From Rhabdothermincola salaria (GTDB lineage: Bacteria > Actinomycetota > Acidimicrobiia > Acidimicrobiales > Acidimicrobilacustridaceae), in NCBI RefSeq assembly GCF_021246445.1, contig NZ_JAJQXW010000002.1, forward strand, positions 620,001-684,000: a stretch of DNA of 64,000 nt, read 5' to 3'. Each line of letters opens with the position of its first letter. Positions within the stretch are counted from its first letter, which is position 1. The notes beneath the pieces were generated by a model, which was not told the origin of the DNA, did not search any database, and saw only the letters and a program-made list of their open reading frames with translations. The position numbers were made by a program, and so were the translations under genes. Of this stretch, positions 38,617 through 48,354 are shown in pieces.

Positions 38617-39255
38617 ATGACCAGTGGCTCTCGTCCGGTGCGTGGACCGTCGTGGTCGGCCGTCGCGCCCGACGACGCCCTCACCGCCGAGGGGGCGGCC
38701 GCCCGCCTCGGGGCCTACTGCTGGGTCGAACAGCGCCTCTTCGGGCTCCTCGGGGCCTGGGCCGGCCAGATCACCGAGCCCGACGCCAAGGCCATGGTCG
38801 CCGAGCACGCCGAGCACGCCGCCTGGCGGGCCCTGCGCTGGCACGAGCTGCTCCCCACCGCCCCACCGGGGGCCGACGCCCTGGTGGTGGCACCGAGCGG
38901 GGTCGACGCCGTCTTCGCGGCCCTGAGCCCGGCCGAGGGCGCCGACCGCACCGCCGAGAAGCTGGCGGCGGTCCACCGCTGCCTGCTGCCCCGCCTCCTG
39001 GCCGCCTACACGGCCCACCTGGACTGGGCCGATCCCCTCACCGAAGCCTCCACCCGACGGCACCTCGAGATGGCGACGAACGACCTGGTCGCGGACCTGC
39101 GCCACGGCGAACGGCTGCTCGAGGCCCTGGTGGCCGCGCCGGAGCGGGTCGCCGGCCTGGCGGACCTCGTGGCCGGCGTCGAGGCGGCCGTGGTGGCGGC
39201 CGGGGGGATCGTGGGTCCGGGGAGCGTCGGCGAACGCTCCGAACCCGCTCCCTGA
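38617..39255 (+). CDS. Hypothetical helical protein (possibly ferritin-like fold)
   Basis: High GC3; YCWVE..LF..LG.W and EHAEHA helices; TAGTCT 7 nt upstream of the ATG. Confidence 0.6.
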   Translation: MTSGSRPVRGPSWSAVAPDDALTAEGAAARLGAYCWVEQRLFGLLGAWAGQITEPDAKAMVAEHAEHAAWRALRWHELLPTAPPGADALVVAPSGVDAVFAALSPAEGADRTAEKLAAVHRCLLPRLLAAYTAHLDWADPLTEASTRRHLEMATNDLVADLRHGERLLEALVAAPERVAGLADLVAGVEAAVVAAGGIVGPGSVGERSEPAP

Positions 39256-39405
39256 CAGGGGTCGGGGCCCGATGGGCGCCTCCGGGGTGGGGCCACTTGA
39301 CCGCCCCGGTATCGTGAGAAGGCCCAAGGCTGTCGTTGCGATCACGGGAGACCCCGGGGATCGTCTTCGATGCTCGTCACATCAGCAGCGAACCAGAGGT
39401 ACGTA

Positions 39406-40341
39406 GTGGCCAAGGAGCGAGTCGAGCGCGACGAGGAAGACCTGGTCCGCCTCTATCTCACCGACATCGGGCAGTACCCGCTGCTGACCAAGGACGACGA
39501 GGTCCGCCTCGCCCAGGCCATCGAGGGCGGGGCCGAGGCCCGAGCCGAGCTCGACGCCGCCGTCGACCTCACCGCGGCCCGCAAGCGCGAGCTGCGCCGG
39601 TCGGTCCGCCAGGGCGAGGATGCCGAGCGCACCTTCGTGCAGTCCAACCTCCGCCTGGTGGTGTCCATCGCCAAGAAGTACCAGGCCTCCGGCCTGCCCC
39701 TGCTGGACCTCATCCAGGAGGGCAACCTCGGGCTGATGCACGCCGTCGAGAAGTTCGACTGGCGCAAGGGCTTCAAGTTCTCGACCTACGCCACGTGGTG
39801 GATCCGCCAGGCCATCACCCGCGGCATCGCCAACACGGGTCGCACCATCCGCCTCCCCGTGCACGCCGGCGACACCCTCGCCCGCCTCCAGAAGGCCCGG
39901 GCCCGCCTCGAGCTCAAGCTCGGCCGCCCGGCCACCCTCGCCGAGCTCTCCGCCGAGGTGGAGATGCCCGAGGACAAGGTCACCGAGGCCCTCCGCTTCG
40001 CCGCCGAACCGCTCTCGCTCTCCGAGCCCCTCCGCGAGGACGGCGACGCCGAGCTGGGCGACGTCGTCGAGGACCGCTCCGCAGAATCGCCCTTCGAGGT
40101 GGCCGCCACCGCGCTGCTGCCCGAGGAGATCTCTCGTCTGCTGTCGCCTCTCGACGAGCGCGAGCGCGAGATCCTCAAGCTCCGGTTCGGTCTCGATCGC
40201 GGCGAGCCCCGCACCCTCGAAGAGGTGGGCGAGCACTTCAACCTCACCCGTGAGCGCATCCGCCAGATCGAGGCTCGGGCCATGTCCAAGCTGCGGCACC
40301 CGTCCTCGGACACCGGCGCCCGGGACCTGCTGGCGGTCTGA
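39406..40341 (+). CDS. RpoD-family group 2 sigma factor (SigB/HrdD-like, lacks region 1.1)
   Basis: DLVRLYL, NLRLVVSIAKKY, DLIQEGN, KFSTYATWWIRQAI and TRERIRQIE motifs. Confidence 0.93.
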   Translation: MAKERVERDEEDLVRLYLTDIGQYPLLTKDDEVRLAQAIEGGAEARAELDAAVDLTAARKRELRRSVRQGEDAERTFVQSNLRLVVSIAKKYQASGLPLLDLIQEGNLGLMHAVEKFDWRKGFKFSTYATWWIRQAITRGIANTGRTIRLPVHAGDTLARLQKARARLELKLGRPATLAELSAEVEMPEDKVTEALRFAAEPLSLSEPLREDGDAELGDVVEDRSAESPFEVAATALLPEEISRLLSPLDEREREILKLRFGLDRGEPRTLEEVGEHFNLTRERIRQIEARAMSKLRHPSSDTGARDLLAV

Positions 40342-40378
40342 GCTCCCCGACTCGATCCACGCATCCGTTCGGGCAACG

Positions 40379-40909
40379 ATGAGCGAGGGCGACGACGTCG
40401 ACCGACCGCCTGGCGCGCCCCCGCGGCGGCTGCCAGGTGGTTGCCTGCTCGTCGGGCTGGTGGTGGGGGCCCTGATGGCGTTCACGGTCATCGTGGTGGT
40501 CAGCCTCACCCTCATCGGGGTGATCGGTGGCGAGAGCTCGGCCGACGAACGCCGGGAGATCCTCGCCGAGATCGTCGAGGAGACGGGCATCGCCACCTCC
40601 AGCCAGGACATCGACGAGCCGCCCCAACGTGACGTCCGCCTGGGCCTGTGCGAGACCGACGGCGACGGCGCCATGGTGACCAGCGGGATGCTCATCAACC
40701 CCGAGGACGCACCGGTCGACTACGTGCTGACCGTGACCTTCCACGAAGGGTCCGGGTCGGAGATGGGGGCCGAGGTCGCCCGGCGCGAGGTCGTGGTCGA
40801 CGACGTGCCCGCCGGCGAGACTGTCGAATGGACGGCGTCATCGCAGGCACCGGCCTCGGCGGACTTCAGCTGTCGGGTCGTGAGGATCGAGCGCGACGAC
40901 GCCGGTTGA
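40379..40909 (+). CDS. Membrane-anchored hypothetical protein
   Basis: Single TM helix followed by a beta-rich acidic domain with two Cys. Confidence 0.65.
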   Translation: MSEGDDVDRPPGAPPRRLPGGCLLVGLVVGALMAFTVIVVVSLTLIGVIGGESSADERREILAEIVEETGIATSSQDIDEPPQRDVRLGLCETDGDGAMVTSGMLINPEDAPVDYVLTVTFHEGSGSEMGAEVARREVVVDDVPAGETVEWTASSQAPASADFSCRVVRIERDDAG

Positions 40910-40912
40910 GCC

Positions 40913-41521
40913 TCAGCTCTCGGTGGTGACGTTGGGGCGTTCGGCGCCGATGGTGGTGGAGTCGCCGTGTCCGGTGTGGACCACGGTCTCGTCCGGCAGG
41001 GCGAAGAGCCGGGTGGTGATCGAGCGCACGATGGTGGGCCGGTCGCTGAACGAACGCCCGGTCGCGCCCGGGCCGCCGTTGAAGAGCGTGTCGCCGCTGA
41101 ACACCACCGCGTCGGCGGCGTCGTGGAAGCAACAGCCTCCGGGGGAGTGACCGGGGGTGTGCATGACCTCGAGCTCCACGCCACCGGCTCGGAGGCGCTC
41201 GCCGTCGTGGAGCAGCGCGTCGGGGGGCCGATCGGGGTTCACGACCTCCCAGAGCATGAGGTCGTCGGGGTGGATGTGCACCGGTGCGTGCACGGCATCG
41301 GCGAGGGCGGCGGCGCAGTTGATGTGGTCGTTGTGGCCGTGGGTGGCCAGCACCGCCACCACCTTGCGCCCGCCGACGGCGTCGACGATGGGCTGGTGGT
41401 CGTGGGCGGCGTCGATGACGAAGACCTCGTGGTCGTCGCCGACCAGCCAGATGTTGTTGTCGACGTCGAAGGACTGCCCGTCGAGGGTGAAGGTGCCGGA
41501 GGTGACGACTCGCTCGATCAC
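40913..41521 (-). CDS. MBL-fold metallohydrolase (Rv2260-like partner of MscR)
   Basis: [22 protein letters not shown] and HTGHG. GTGA overlap with mscR. Confidence 0.92.
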   Translation of the reverse strand: MIERVVTSGTFTLDGQSFDVDNNIWLVGDDHEVFVIDAAHDHQPIVDAVGGRKVVAVLATHGHNDHINCAAALADAVHAPVHIHPDDLMLWEVVNPDRPPDALLHDGERLRAGGVELEVMHTPGHSPGGCCFHDAADAVVFSGDTLFNGGPGATGRSFSDRPTIVRSITTRLFALPDETVVHTGHGDSTTIGAERPNVTTES

Positions 41522-42615
41522 GACCGCCCCCCGAGGACCATGACCGAACGCAGGACCTCGCCGCGCTCCATGCGGTGGAAGGCGTCCTCGACGCCGTCGA
41601 TGGCGATCGTCTCCGAGACGAAGCGGTCGAGGTCGAGGCGCCCCTGCAGGTACAGGTCGATGAGCATCGGGAAGTCCCGCGAGGGCAGGCAGTCGCCGTA
41701 CCAACTGGGCTTGAGGCGCCCGCCTCGCCCGAAGAAGTCGATCATCGGCAGGTCGATGCGCATCTCCGGATCGGGGACCCCCACCTGCACGACCGTGCCG
41801 GCCAGGTCACGGGCGTAGAACGCCTGCTCGAACACCTTCGGGTGGCCGACGGCCTCGATGCACACGTCGGCGCCGTTGCCGTCGGTGAGGGCCCTGATGG
41901 CCTCCACCGGATCCGTGCTCGACGCGTCGACCGTGTGGGTGGCGCCGAACGACCGGGCCAGCTCGAGCTTGCCGGGGTCGAGGTCCACCGCGATGACGGT
42001 GGTGGCTCCGGCGAGCCGGGCTCCGGCGACGGCGGCGTCGCCGACCCCGCCGCAGCCGAACACGGCGACGCTGTCGCCCGGACCGACCTCTCCGGTGAAC
42101 AGGGCGGCGCCGAGGCCGGCCATGACCCCGCAGCCGAGCAGCCCGGCTGCCTCGGGACGGGCCGCGGGGTCCACGGGCGTGCACTGCCCGGCGGCCACCA
42201 GCGTCTTCTCGGCGAAGGCGCCGATGCCGAGCGCCGGGCTCAGCTCGGTGCCGTCGGCGAGGGCCATCTTCTGGGTGGCGTTGTGGGTGGCGAAGCAGTA
42301 CTGGGGTCGACCCCGCCGGCAGGCCCGACAGTTGCCGCACACCGCCCGCCAGTTGAGGACGACGTAGTCGCCCGGCGCCACCTGCTCGACGTCCGGGCCG
42401 ACCGCCTCGACGATCCCGGCGGCCTCGTGGCCGAGCAGGTACGGGAACTCGTCGCCGATGGCGCCCAGCTTGTAGTGCAGGTCGGTGTGGCAGACCCCGC
42501 AGGCCTGCACGGCCACGAGCGCCTCACCGGGTCCCGGGTCCGGCACGACGATCGTCTCGACGGTGGCAGGGGCGTCCTTGGCCCGCACCACCACTCCTCG
42601 CACCTCGTGGGGCAT
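41518..42615 (-). CDS. mscR: S-(hydroxymethyl)mycothiol dehydrogenase / S-nitrosomycothiol reductase
   Basis: [33 protein letters not shown] and SWYGDCLP motifs. Confidence 0.92.
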   Translation of the reverse strand: MPHEVRGVVVRAKDAPATVETIVVPDPGPGEALVAVQACGVCHTDLHYKLGAIGDEFPYLLGHEAAGIVEAVGPDVEQVAPGDYVVLNWRAVCGNCRACRRGRPQYCFATHNATQKMALADGTELSPALGIGAFAEKTLVAAGQCTPVDPAARPEAAGLLGCGVMAGLGAALFTGEVGPGDSVAVFGCGGVGDAAVAGARLAGATTVIAVDLDPGKLELARSFGATHTVDASSTDPVEAIRALTDGNGADVCIEAVGHPKVFEQAFYARDLAGTVVQVGVPDPEMRIDLPMIDFFGRGGRLKPSWYGDCLPSRDFPMLIDLYLQGRLDLDRFVSETIAIDGVEDAFHRMERGEVLRSVMVLGGRS

Positions 42616-42641
42616 GTGTCCTCCCGGGTCGCTGGGCTCGG

Positions 42642-42737
42642 TGGCGGAGGTGGACGGGAATCGAACCCGCCGTGCAGGGATCGCCTGCACCACCCGCTTT
42701 GAAGGCGGGGGCTGCCACCAGGCCAGCAGACACCTCC
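42642..42737 (-). tRNA. selC: tRNA-Sec (anticodon UCA)
   Basis: Minus strand GGAGGTG...CCCGC-CTTCAAA-GCGGG, long variable arm GTGCAGG/CCTGCAC, GGTTCGATTCC T-arm and CACCTCC-G-CCA end; 96 nt. Confidence 0.95.
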
Positions 42738-42877
42738 GCCCGGGACCCTACCGGTCCGATCCCAGGCGGTCGGGCTCGAACCGCGGGGTGGCGTCGAGCC
42801 GTCGGCCGGGGGTGCGATCACGCTCGGTCGGGCGCGGGCCACTCGCTCGGTGGCGAGGCGCGCCCTATGCTCTCCCC

Positions 42878-42952
42878 ATGAAGAAGCTCCTCGTCATCGT
42901 CGTCGTCCTCGCCCTCGCCGCCTTCGCGGTCAAGAAGCTGCAGGACGCCTGA
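42878..42952 (+). CDS. 24-aa single-helix membrane microprotein
   Basis: MKKLLVIVVVLALAAFAVKKLQDA. Every sense codon ends in G/C; TATGCT lies 6 nt before the ATG. Confidence 0.6.
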   Translation: MKKLLVIVVVLALAAFAVKKLQDA

Positions 42953-43781
42953 CCCACCCGGCGGGCCGTCGCGTCGGGGGCCGTCGGGCTCCGGTCGCAC
43001 GGCGGCGGCGCAGCACCCACCACCCGGCCGTCGCCCCCAGCGCGCCCCCAGCCACGGCGGCTGCGGTGAGCGCCACGCGTCCCGGGCCCGGCATGGGCAC
43101 CCGATCGCCCAGGGGGACGATGGTGTGGAACTGGAGGACCTCCCAGCCCCGCGCCCGGGCTTCACGGGCCAGGGCCCGGTCGGGGTTCACGGCCACGGGA
43201 TGGCCGACGCAGCCCAGCATGGGCAGGTCGGTGGCGGAGTCCGAGTAGGCGTAGCTGGCCTCCAGGTCGATGCCGTCGCGCTCGGCCACGGCTTCGATGG
43301 CGTCGACCTTGAAGGGCCCGTAGGCGTAGAAGTCGACCTCCCCCGTGTAGCGGCCCTGGGCGTCGACGGACGCCCGGCTGGCGATGGACTCGTCCACCCC
43401 GAGGAAGCGCCCGAGGGGCTCGACGATCTCCTCCGGTGACGCCGACACGAGGTAGACGCGGCGCCCCGCGGCCCGGTGCTCTCGGATCAGGGTCAGGGCC
43501 TCGTCGTAGATGATCGGCTCGATCACGTCGGGCAGGGTGTCGGCGACGAGCGCGCCGATGAGCGAGCGGTCCCAGCCCTTGGTGATGCGCAGGGCCGACT
43601 CGCGGAAGCGCAGCAGCCGGGCCTCGTCGGCGCCGAGGTAGCGAAAGACCAGGCCGCTCCACACCGCCTTGGCCAACAGGCGCCGGTCGATCATGCCTGC
43701 ACGGCGCAGCGGGCGGCCGAACGCCACCATCGACGCCTTGGCGATCACCGTCTTGTCCAGGTCGAAGAAGGCCGCCTCCAC
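42930..43781 (-). CDS. HAD-IB family hydrolase (Rv3661-like)
   Basis: AAFFDLDKT, LVSAS, YAYSDS..DLP and AVNPD. Divergent from the tad operon as in other actinobacteria. Confidence 0.92.
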   Translation of the reverse strand: MEAAFFDLDKTVIAKASMVAFGRPLRRAGMIDRRLLAKAVWSGLVFRYLGADEARLLRFRESALRITKGWDRSLIGALVADTLPDVIEPIIYDEALTLIREHRAAGRRVYLVSASPEEIVEPLGRFLGVDESIASRASVDAQGRYTGEVDFYAYGPFKVDAIEAVAERDGIDLEASYAYSDSATDLPMLGCVGHPVAVNPDRALAREARARGWEVLQFHTIVPLGDRVPMPGPGRVALTAAAVAGGALGATAGWWVLRRRRATGARRPPTRRPAGWVRRPAAS

Positions 43782-43839
43782 GAGGCCAGGGTACGGGCGA
43801 GACCCGTCCCGTCGGGGTCATGCGACGCCGTGGTGACCC

Positions 43840-43868
43840 TTGACCGGGACGAGGGTGGCTTCTACGGT
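43840..43868 (+). promoter_or_regulatory. Housekeeping-sigma promoter of the tad operon
   Basis: TTGACC-N17-TACGGT, about 100 nt upstream of ATG 43967. Confidence 0.6.
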
Positions 43869-43966
43869 GCCGGTTCTCCTCCCCTCCTCGCGGTGTGGCC
43901 TCGTGCCCGGTCACCGCCCACACCGCAGTTCGCGCCGGCCCCGGGCCGGGTGTGTCGGGAGGATCC

Positions 43967-44641
43967 ATGCTGGTGACCTGTTGGGCGGCGAAGGGCGGCT
44001 CGGGGACGACGACGGTCGCCGCCGCAGTGGCGGACGTGCTCGCCCGTCGGGCCGACGGCGAGGTCGTCATGGTCGACGCCGCCGGCGACCTGCCGGCCGC
44101 CTTGGGGGTCGCCGACCTCGACGGCCCGGGTGTGGCCGAATGGCTCGCCGCCGGGCCGGCGGTGCCCGCCGACGCCCTCGCCCGCCTCGAGATCGCCGTC
44201 CGTCGGGGAGTGCGGCTCGTGCCCAGGGGCCGGGGGGCGCTCACCAACCCCTGGCGGGCCGAGGTGCTCGCCGAGCTCCTGGCCGCCGACGCCCGTCCCG
44301 TCGTGGTCGACGCGGGCACGTTGCCCGGGGCCGGCTCGGAGGGGGCCGCCGCCGACGTCGCCCGCGTGCTGGCCGGGTCCGCCACCGTGTCGCTGCTGGT
44401 CACCCGCCCCTGCTACCTGGCCCTGCGACGAGCGGCCTCGATGCCGTTGCGCCCGTCGGGTGTGGTCCTCGTCGACGAACCTGGTCGGTCCCTCGGTGTC
44501 CACGACGTGGAGGCGATTCTCGACGTGCCCGTCCTGGCCAACGTCCCGGTCGACCCGGCCTTCGCCCGAGCCGTCGACAGCGGGTCGCTCGGCACGCGGG
44601 TCCCCACCCGGCTCAGCCGTGCGCTGCGCCACGCGGCATGA
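43967..44641 (+). CDS. Ssd/TadZ/CpaE-like MinD-family protein (short form)
   Basis: Deviant Walker A KGGSGTTT; first gene of the tad operon. Confidence 0.75.
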   Translation: MLVTCWAAKGGSGTTTVAAAVADVLARRADGEVVMVDAAGDLPAALGVADLDGPGVAEWLAAGPAVPADALARLEIAVRRGVRLVPRGRGALTNPWRAEVLAELLAADARPVVVDAGTLPGAGSEGAAADVARVLAGSATVSLLVTRPCYLALRRAASMPLRPSGVVLVDEPGRSLGVHDVEAILDVPVLANVPVDPAFARAVDSGSLGTRVPTRLSRALRHAA

Positions 44642-45882
44642 GCCAGCCCGTGACCCGGAGCGAGATGACCGACCCCGACGGCGACCCCGAGGCCAGGGCG
44701 GCGCAGCTCACGACCCGCCTGCACCGTCAGCTGCTCGACGGGCCGACTGCGGAGTCCCGGGCGGTCAGCCCGGCCGAGCAGCGCCGCCGTCTGCGGGCCC
44801 TGGCCCGAGAGCACGACCCGCTCCTCGCCGGTGGCCGGGTCGACGAGGTGGTGGAGCAGGTCAGGGCCCGGGTCGACGGCCTGGGCCCGCTCGAGCCGCT
44901 GCTCGCCGACCCTGCGGTCGACGAGGTGATGGTCAACGGGGGCGGGGAGGTGTGGGTGGAGCGCCACGGACGGCTCGTGAGCACCGAGCTGGTCCTCGCC
45001 GAGGCCACGACGTTGGCGCTCGCCGAACGGATCGTGGCCCCGCTGGGCCTCCACGTCGACCGGGCCAACCCCCTCGTCGACGCCCGTCTGCCCGACGGCT
45101 CCCGGGTCAACGTGGTGGTGCGCCCGCTCGCCGTCGACGGCCCGTGCCTGACCATCCGCCGCTTCGGTGCTCGGCGGGTGCCGCTCGACGAGGTGGCCAC
45201 CCCCGGGGTGGTGGCGTTGCTGCGCTGGTCGGTCCGGGCCCGGGCCAACCTCATCGTCTCCGGGGGTGCCGGAGCCGGCAAGACGACGTTGCTCAACGCC
45301 CTGGCGGCCGAGATCCCCGACCACGAACGGGTGATCACCATCGAGGACGCCGCCGAACTGCGCCTGCCCGGTCGCCAGGTCGTGCGCCTGGAGGCCCGGC
45401 CACCCAGCGCCGAGGGCCATGGCGAGGTGCGGGTCCGCGACCTGGTCCGCAACGCCCTGCGCATGCGACCGGACCGCATCGTGGTGGGCGAGGTGCGGGC
45501 AGGGGAGGCGCTCGACATGTTGCAGGCCATGAACACCGGCCACGAGGGGTCGCTGTCGACGTGCCACGCCAACGCGCCGGTCGACGCCCTGCGCCGCCTC
45601 GAGACCCTCGTGCTCATGGGCGACGTGGCGCTGCCGCACGCGGCGGTGCGTGAGCAGCTGCGGGCCGCGGTCGACCTGGTCGTGCAGATCGCTCGCCGTC
45701 CCGATGGCGGTCGTCGGGTGGTCGCGGTGGCCGAGGTCCTCCCGGCGGATGATCCGGCGGGTCCCCTGGTGGCGCGATCGCTGACCGACGACGCCGGCCA
45801 TCTCGTCGCGCTGCCCCTCCGAGCGGTTCGCTCTCCCGGCGCCCACCCCCCGTCGCCGACGTGGCTGGAGGGCCAGCAGTGA
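44638..45882 (+). CDS. tadA: Tad pilus assembly ATPase TadA/CpaF
   Basis: GLGPLEPLL, DARLPDGSR, GAGAGKTT, LRMRPDRIVVGEVR and AMNTGH motifs. Confidence 0.95.
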   Translation: MSQPVTRSEMTDPDGDPEARAAQLTTRLHRQLLDGPTAESRAVSPAEQRRRLRALAREHDPLLAGGRVDEVVEQVRARVDGLGPLEPLLADPAVDEVMVNGGGEVWVERHGRLVSTELVLAEATTLALAERIVAPLGLHVDRANPLVDARLPDGSRVNVVVRPLAVDGPCLTIRRFGARRVPLDEVATPGVVALLRWSVRARANLIVSGGAGAGKTTLLNALAAEIPDHERVITIEDAAELRLPGRQVVRLEARPPSAEGHGEVRVRDLVRNALRMRPDRIVVGEVRAGEALDMLQAMNTGHEGSLSTCHANAPVDALRRLETLVLMGDVALPHAAVREQLRAAVDLVVQIARRPDGGRRVVAVAEVLPADDPAGPLVARSLTDDAGHLVALPLRAVRSPGAHPPSPTWLEGQQ

Positions 45883-46694
45883 GCGCCGCGGCCGTCGGCC
45901 TCGTCGTCGCGCTGGCCACGGTGGCCGCGTCCGTCGCTCTCGGTGGCGTGCCCGAGGTCGGTGCCATCCTGCGAACCCGTCATCGGTCGTCGGCCCTGGG
46001 CGCCGACCGCCCCGGTCGGGCTCGTACCGACGGTCCCGGTGGAGGCCGGGGCTCGTGGCGCGACCGATCGACGCGTCCAGGCGGTCCGTCCCCCCTCGAC
46101 CTGGCCGCCGCGGTGGCCCGGTTCCGCGCCGTGCTGGGGGTCGACGGTCGCTCGACCGACCGGGAGCTGCCCGAGCTGCTCCAGACCGTGGCCCGCGAGC
46201 TGCGTTCGGGGACCACGTTGGCCACCGCGGTGGTCGTGGCCGCCGAGGCCGGGGCCTCGCGGCTCGATCGAGCGGACCCGGCGGCGGCGGTGCTGGCCCG
46301 CTCCGTGCGCCGGGGCACCCCCTTGGGCGCCGCGGTGGAGACCTGGATGGGCCCGACCCCGTCGGGGGCCCGTCGCCTGGCGGGTACGGCCCTGGTGTTG
46401 GCCGCCGAGACCGGTGGCACCACGGCGGTGGTCGTCGACGGGGTGGCCGACACGCTTCGCGACCGGGTGGCGCTCGAACGCGAGGTGGGGGCGTTGTCGT
46501 CGCAGGCGCGAGCCTCGGCCGTGGTGCTGGTGGTGGCCCCGGTGGTGGTGGCCGTGCTCGCCACCAGCGCCGACGAGCGCATCGCCGCCTTCCTCCTGGG
46601 CACGCCGCTGGGGTGGGCCTGCGTCGTCGCCGGGCTCCTGCTCGACGCCGTGGGGGCGGCGTGGATGCACCTGACCATCCGGCGGGCGACGTGA
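45879..46694 (+). CDS. tadB: TadB-like (T2SS-F domain) protein
   Basis: ELRSG, ETGG and ALSSQARASA motifs, C-terminal TM helices. Confidence 0.85.
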   Translation: MSAAAVGLVVALATVAASVALGGVPEVGAILRTRHRSSALGADRPGRARTDGPGGGRGSWRDRSTRPGGPSPLDLAAAVARFRAVLGVDGRSTDRELPELLQTVARELRSGTTLATAVVVAAEAGASRLDRADPAAAVLARSVRRGTPLGAAVETWMGPTPSGARRLAGTALVLAAETGGTTAVVVDGVADTLRDRVALEREVGALSSQARASAVVLVVAPVVVAVLATSADERIAAFLLGTPLGWACVVAGLLLDAVGAAWMHLTIRRAT

Positions 46695-47515
46695 CGGCGG
46701 TGGTGGTGGTGGGGGCGATCGTCGCCGGTGTCGTCCTGTCGCCCGTCGTCGGGTCGCTGCGCTCCGGTGCGGTCCGGCGACGCGTCGGGGCCGTCCGCGC
46801 CCGGCCCCTCACCGACGGCCCCGAGCCGGCTCGCGCGGTGGGGCCGTCGGGCTGCTCCTTCATCGGTCCCATCCGCGAGCTCGGTGGTCTGGCCCGCAGA
46901 GCGCTCGGCCGGCAGGTGGATCCGGCGGCCGACCTGGTGGTCGGCGCCGCACTGGTGCTCGGCCCCTTCGTGGGTGTCGTCGCCGGTCCGCTGGTGGCGG
47001 CTGTCGTCGTGGGGGTGCTCCTCGTCGCGCCGCACTGGTACCGCCGGCGCGCCGCCCTCGTCCATCGGGCGGCGGTGCGAGCCGTGCTACCCGACGTGGT
47101 CGACCTCTTCCGGCTGGCTGTCGGGGCGGGGCTGTCGGTCCACCAGGCCATCGAGGTGGTCGCTCCCCGGGCGGCCGCGCCGCTCGGGCCGGCGCTCGAC
47201 GAGGTGTGCCGGAGGGTCACCCTGGGCATCCGCCTCGGCGATGCCCTCGACGAGCTCGCCGACCTCGGCGACGAAGCCCGGCCCCTCGTCGCCGCCCTCG
47301 CCGGAGCGGCCCGCTACGGATCACCGCTCGGGGCGGCGCTCGACCGGGTGGCGGTCGACGCCCGGCTGCTCCGCCGGCGCCGAGCCGAGGAGCGAGCCCG
47401 CAAGTTGCCGGTGCAACTCTTGTTCCCCCTGGTCATGTGCGTGCTGCCCGCCTTCGGCCTGCTCGCCGTCGTGCCCTTGCTGGCCGGCTCGCTCCCCGCC
47501 CTCGGCTCGCCCTGA
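46691..47515 (+). CDS. tadC: TadC-like (T2SS-F domain) protein
   Basis: LPDVVDL...AGLS, YGSP and LLFPL..CVLPAF motifs. Confidence 0.85.
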   Translation: MTAVVVVGAIVAGVVLSPVVGSLRSGAVRRRVGAVRARPLTDGPEPARAVGPSGCSFIGPIRELGGLARRALGRQVDPAADLVVGAALVLGPFVGVVAGPLVAAVVVGVLLVAPHWYRRRAALVHRAAVRAVLPDVVDLFRLAVGAGLSVHQAIEVVAPRAAAPLGPALDEVCRRVTLGIRLGDALDELADLGDEARPLVAALAGAARYGSPLGAALDRVAVDARLLRRRRAEERARKLPVQLLFPLVMCVLPAFGLLAVVPLLAGSLPALGSP

Positions 47516-47612
47516 CCTCGCAGCTCCTCGTCACGTCCCCTTCGTCGTCACCTCCGACGGCCACTCGGCACCCCGGTGCCCTGCGTTCTCGTTCCGAAAG
47601 GCGATTCCGTCC

Positions 47613-47855
47613 ATGACCACTCTCATCGTGCGGGCCCACATGGCCCTCCTCCGCGCCCTCGACCCGTCACCTCCCCCCGCCGAGGCCCCCCTGCGTCGGC
47701 GGGGTGACCACGGGCAGACCACCGCCGAGTACGCCCTCGTCCTCCTCGGGGCGGCGGGCATCGCCCTGCTCCTGGTGGCCTGGGCCACCCAGTCGGGTGC
47801 CATCGGCAAGCTGTTCGACACCGTCGTCAACGACGTCATCGGCAAGGTGCGCTGA
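47613..47855 (+). CDS. flp: Flp-type major pilin (DUF4244-like)
   Basis: Prepilin motif G-QTTAEY followed by a hydrophobic helix; SD GAAAGG. Confidence 0.85.
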   Translation: MTTLIVRAHMALLRALDPSPPPAEAPLRRRGDHGQTTAEYALVLLGAAGIALLLVAWATQSGAIGKLFDTVVNDVIGKVR

Positions 47856-47856
47856 C

Positions 47857-48285
47857 GTGGCGAGGAGGGAGGGCCGTGGGTCCGCTCGGGCCTTCGCCGG
47901 GACCCCCGCCGACGGTGGTCAGGCCACGGTCGAGCTGGCCATGGTCCTCCCCCTCGTCGCGCTGGTGGTGCTGCTCGTGCTGCAGGTCGGCCTGGTGCTG
48001 CGCGACCAGGTGATGGTCGTGCACGCCGCCCGGGAAGCGGCTCGGGCTGCCGTCGTGGCCGAGGCCGCGAACGACCGGGCCGGCTCGGCCGCGCGGGCGG
48101 CGCGCCTGTCGGGGTCGTTCCACCCCGACGAGACCGAGGTGAGCACCCGGCTGCTCGACGGCGGTCGCCGCCTCGAAGCGACCGTCCGCCACGTCAACCG
48201 CACCGATGTGCCCCTCGTCGGCCTCCTCCTACCCGACGTCGGCCTCGAGGCCCGCACCGTGATGCGCGTCGAGCACCCGGACTGA
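47857..48285 (+). CDS. tadE: TadE-like minor pilin
   Basis: GQATVELAMVLP and AAREAAR motifs. Confidence 0.88.
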   Translation: MARREGRGSARAFAGTPADGGQATVELAMVLPLVALVVLLVLQVGLVLRDQVMVVHAAREAARAAVVAEAANDRAGSAARAARLSGSFHPDETEVSTRLLDGGRRLEATVRHVNRTDVPLVGLLLPDVGLEARTVMRVEHPD

Positions 48286-48324
48286 GCGCGACCCGCAGGG
48301 AGCTCGGTGCCGGGCGGAGGCAGC

Positions 48325-48354
48325 CAGGTGAGGTCAGGTGAGGTCAGGTGAGGT
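48325..48354. repeat. Three tandem 10-bp repeats CAGGTGAGGT spanning the helicase stop
   Basis: Units start at 48325, 48335 and 48345. Confidence 0.85.

Noticed and set aside
42642..42737. Genomic island integrated at selC
   Set aside because: No integrase, no duplicated tRNA 3' end and no compositional shift in the window.
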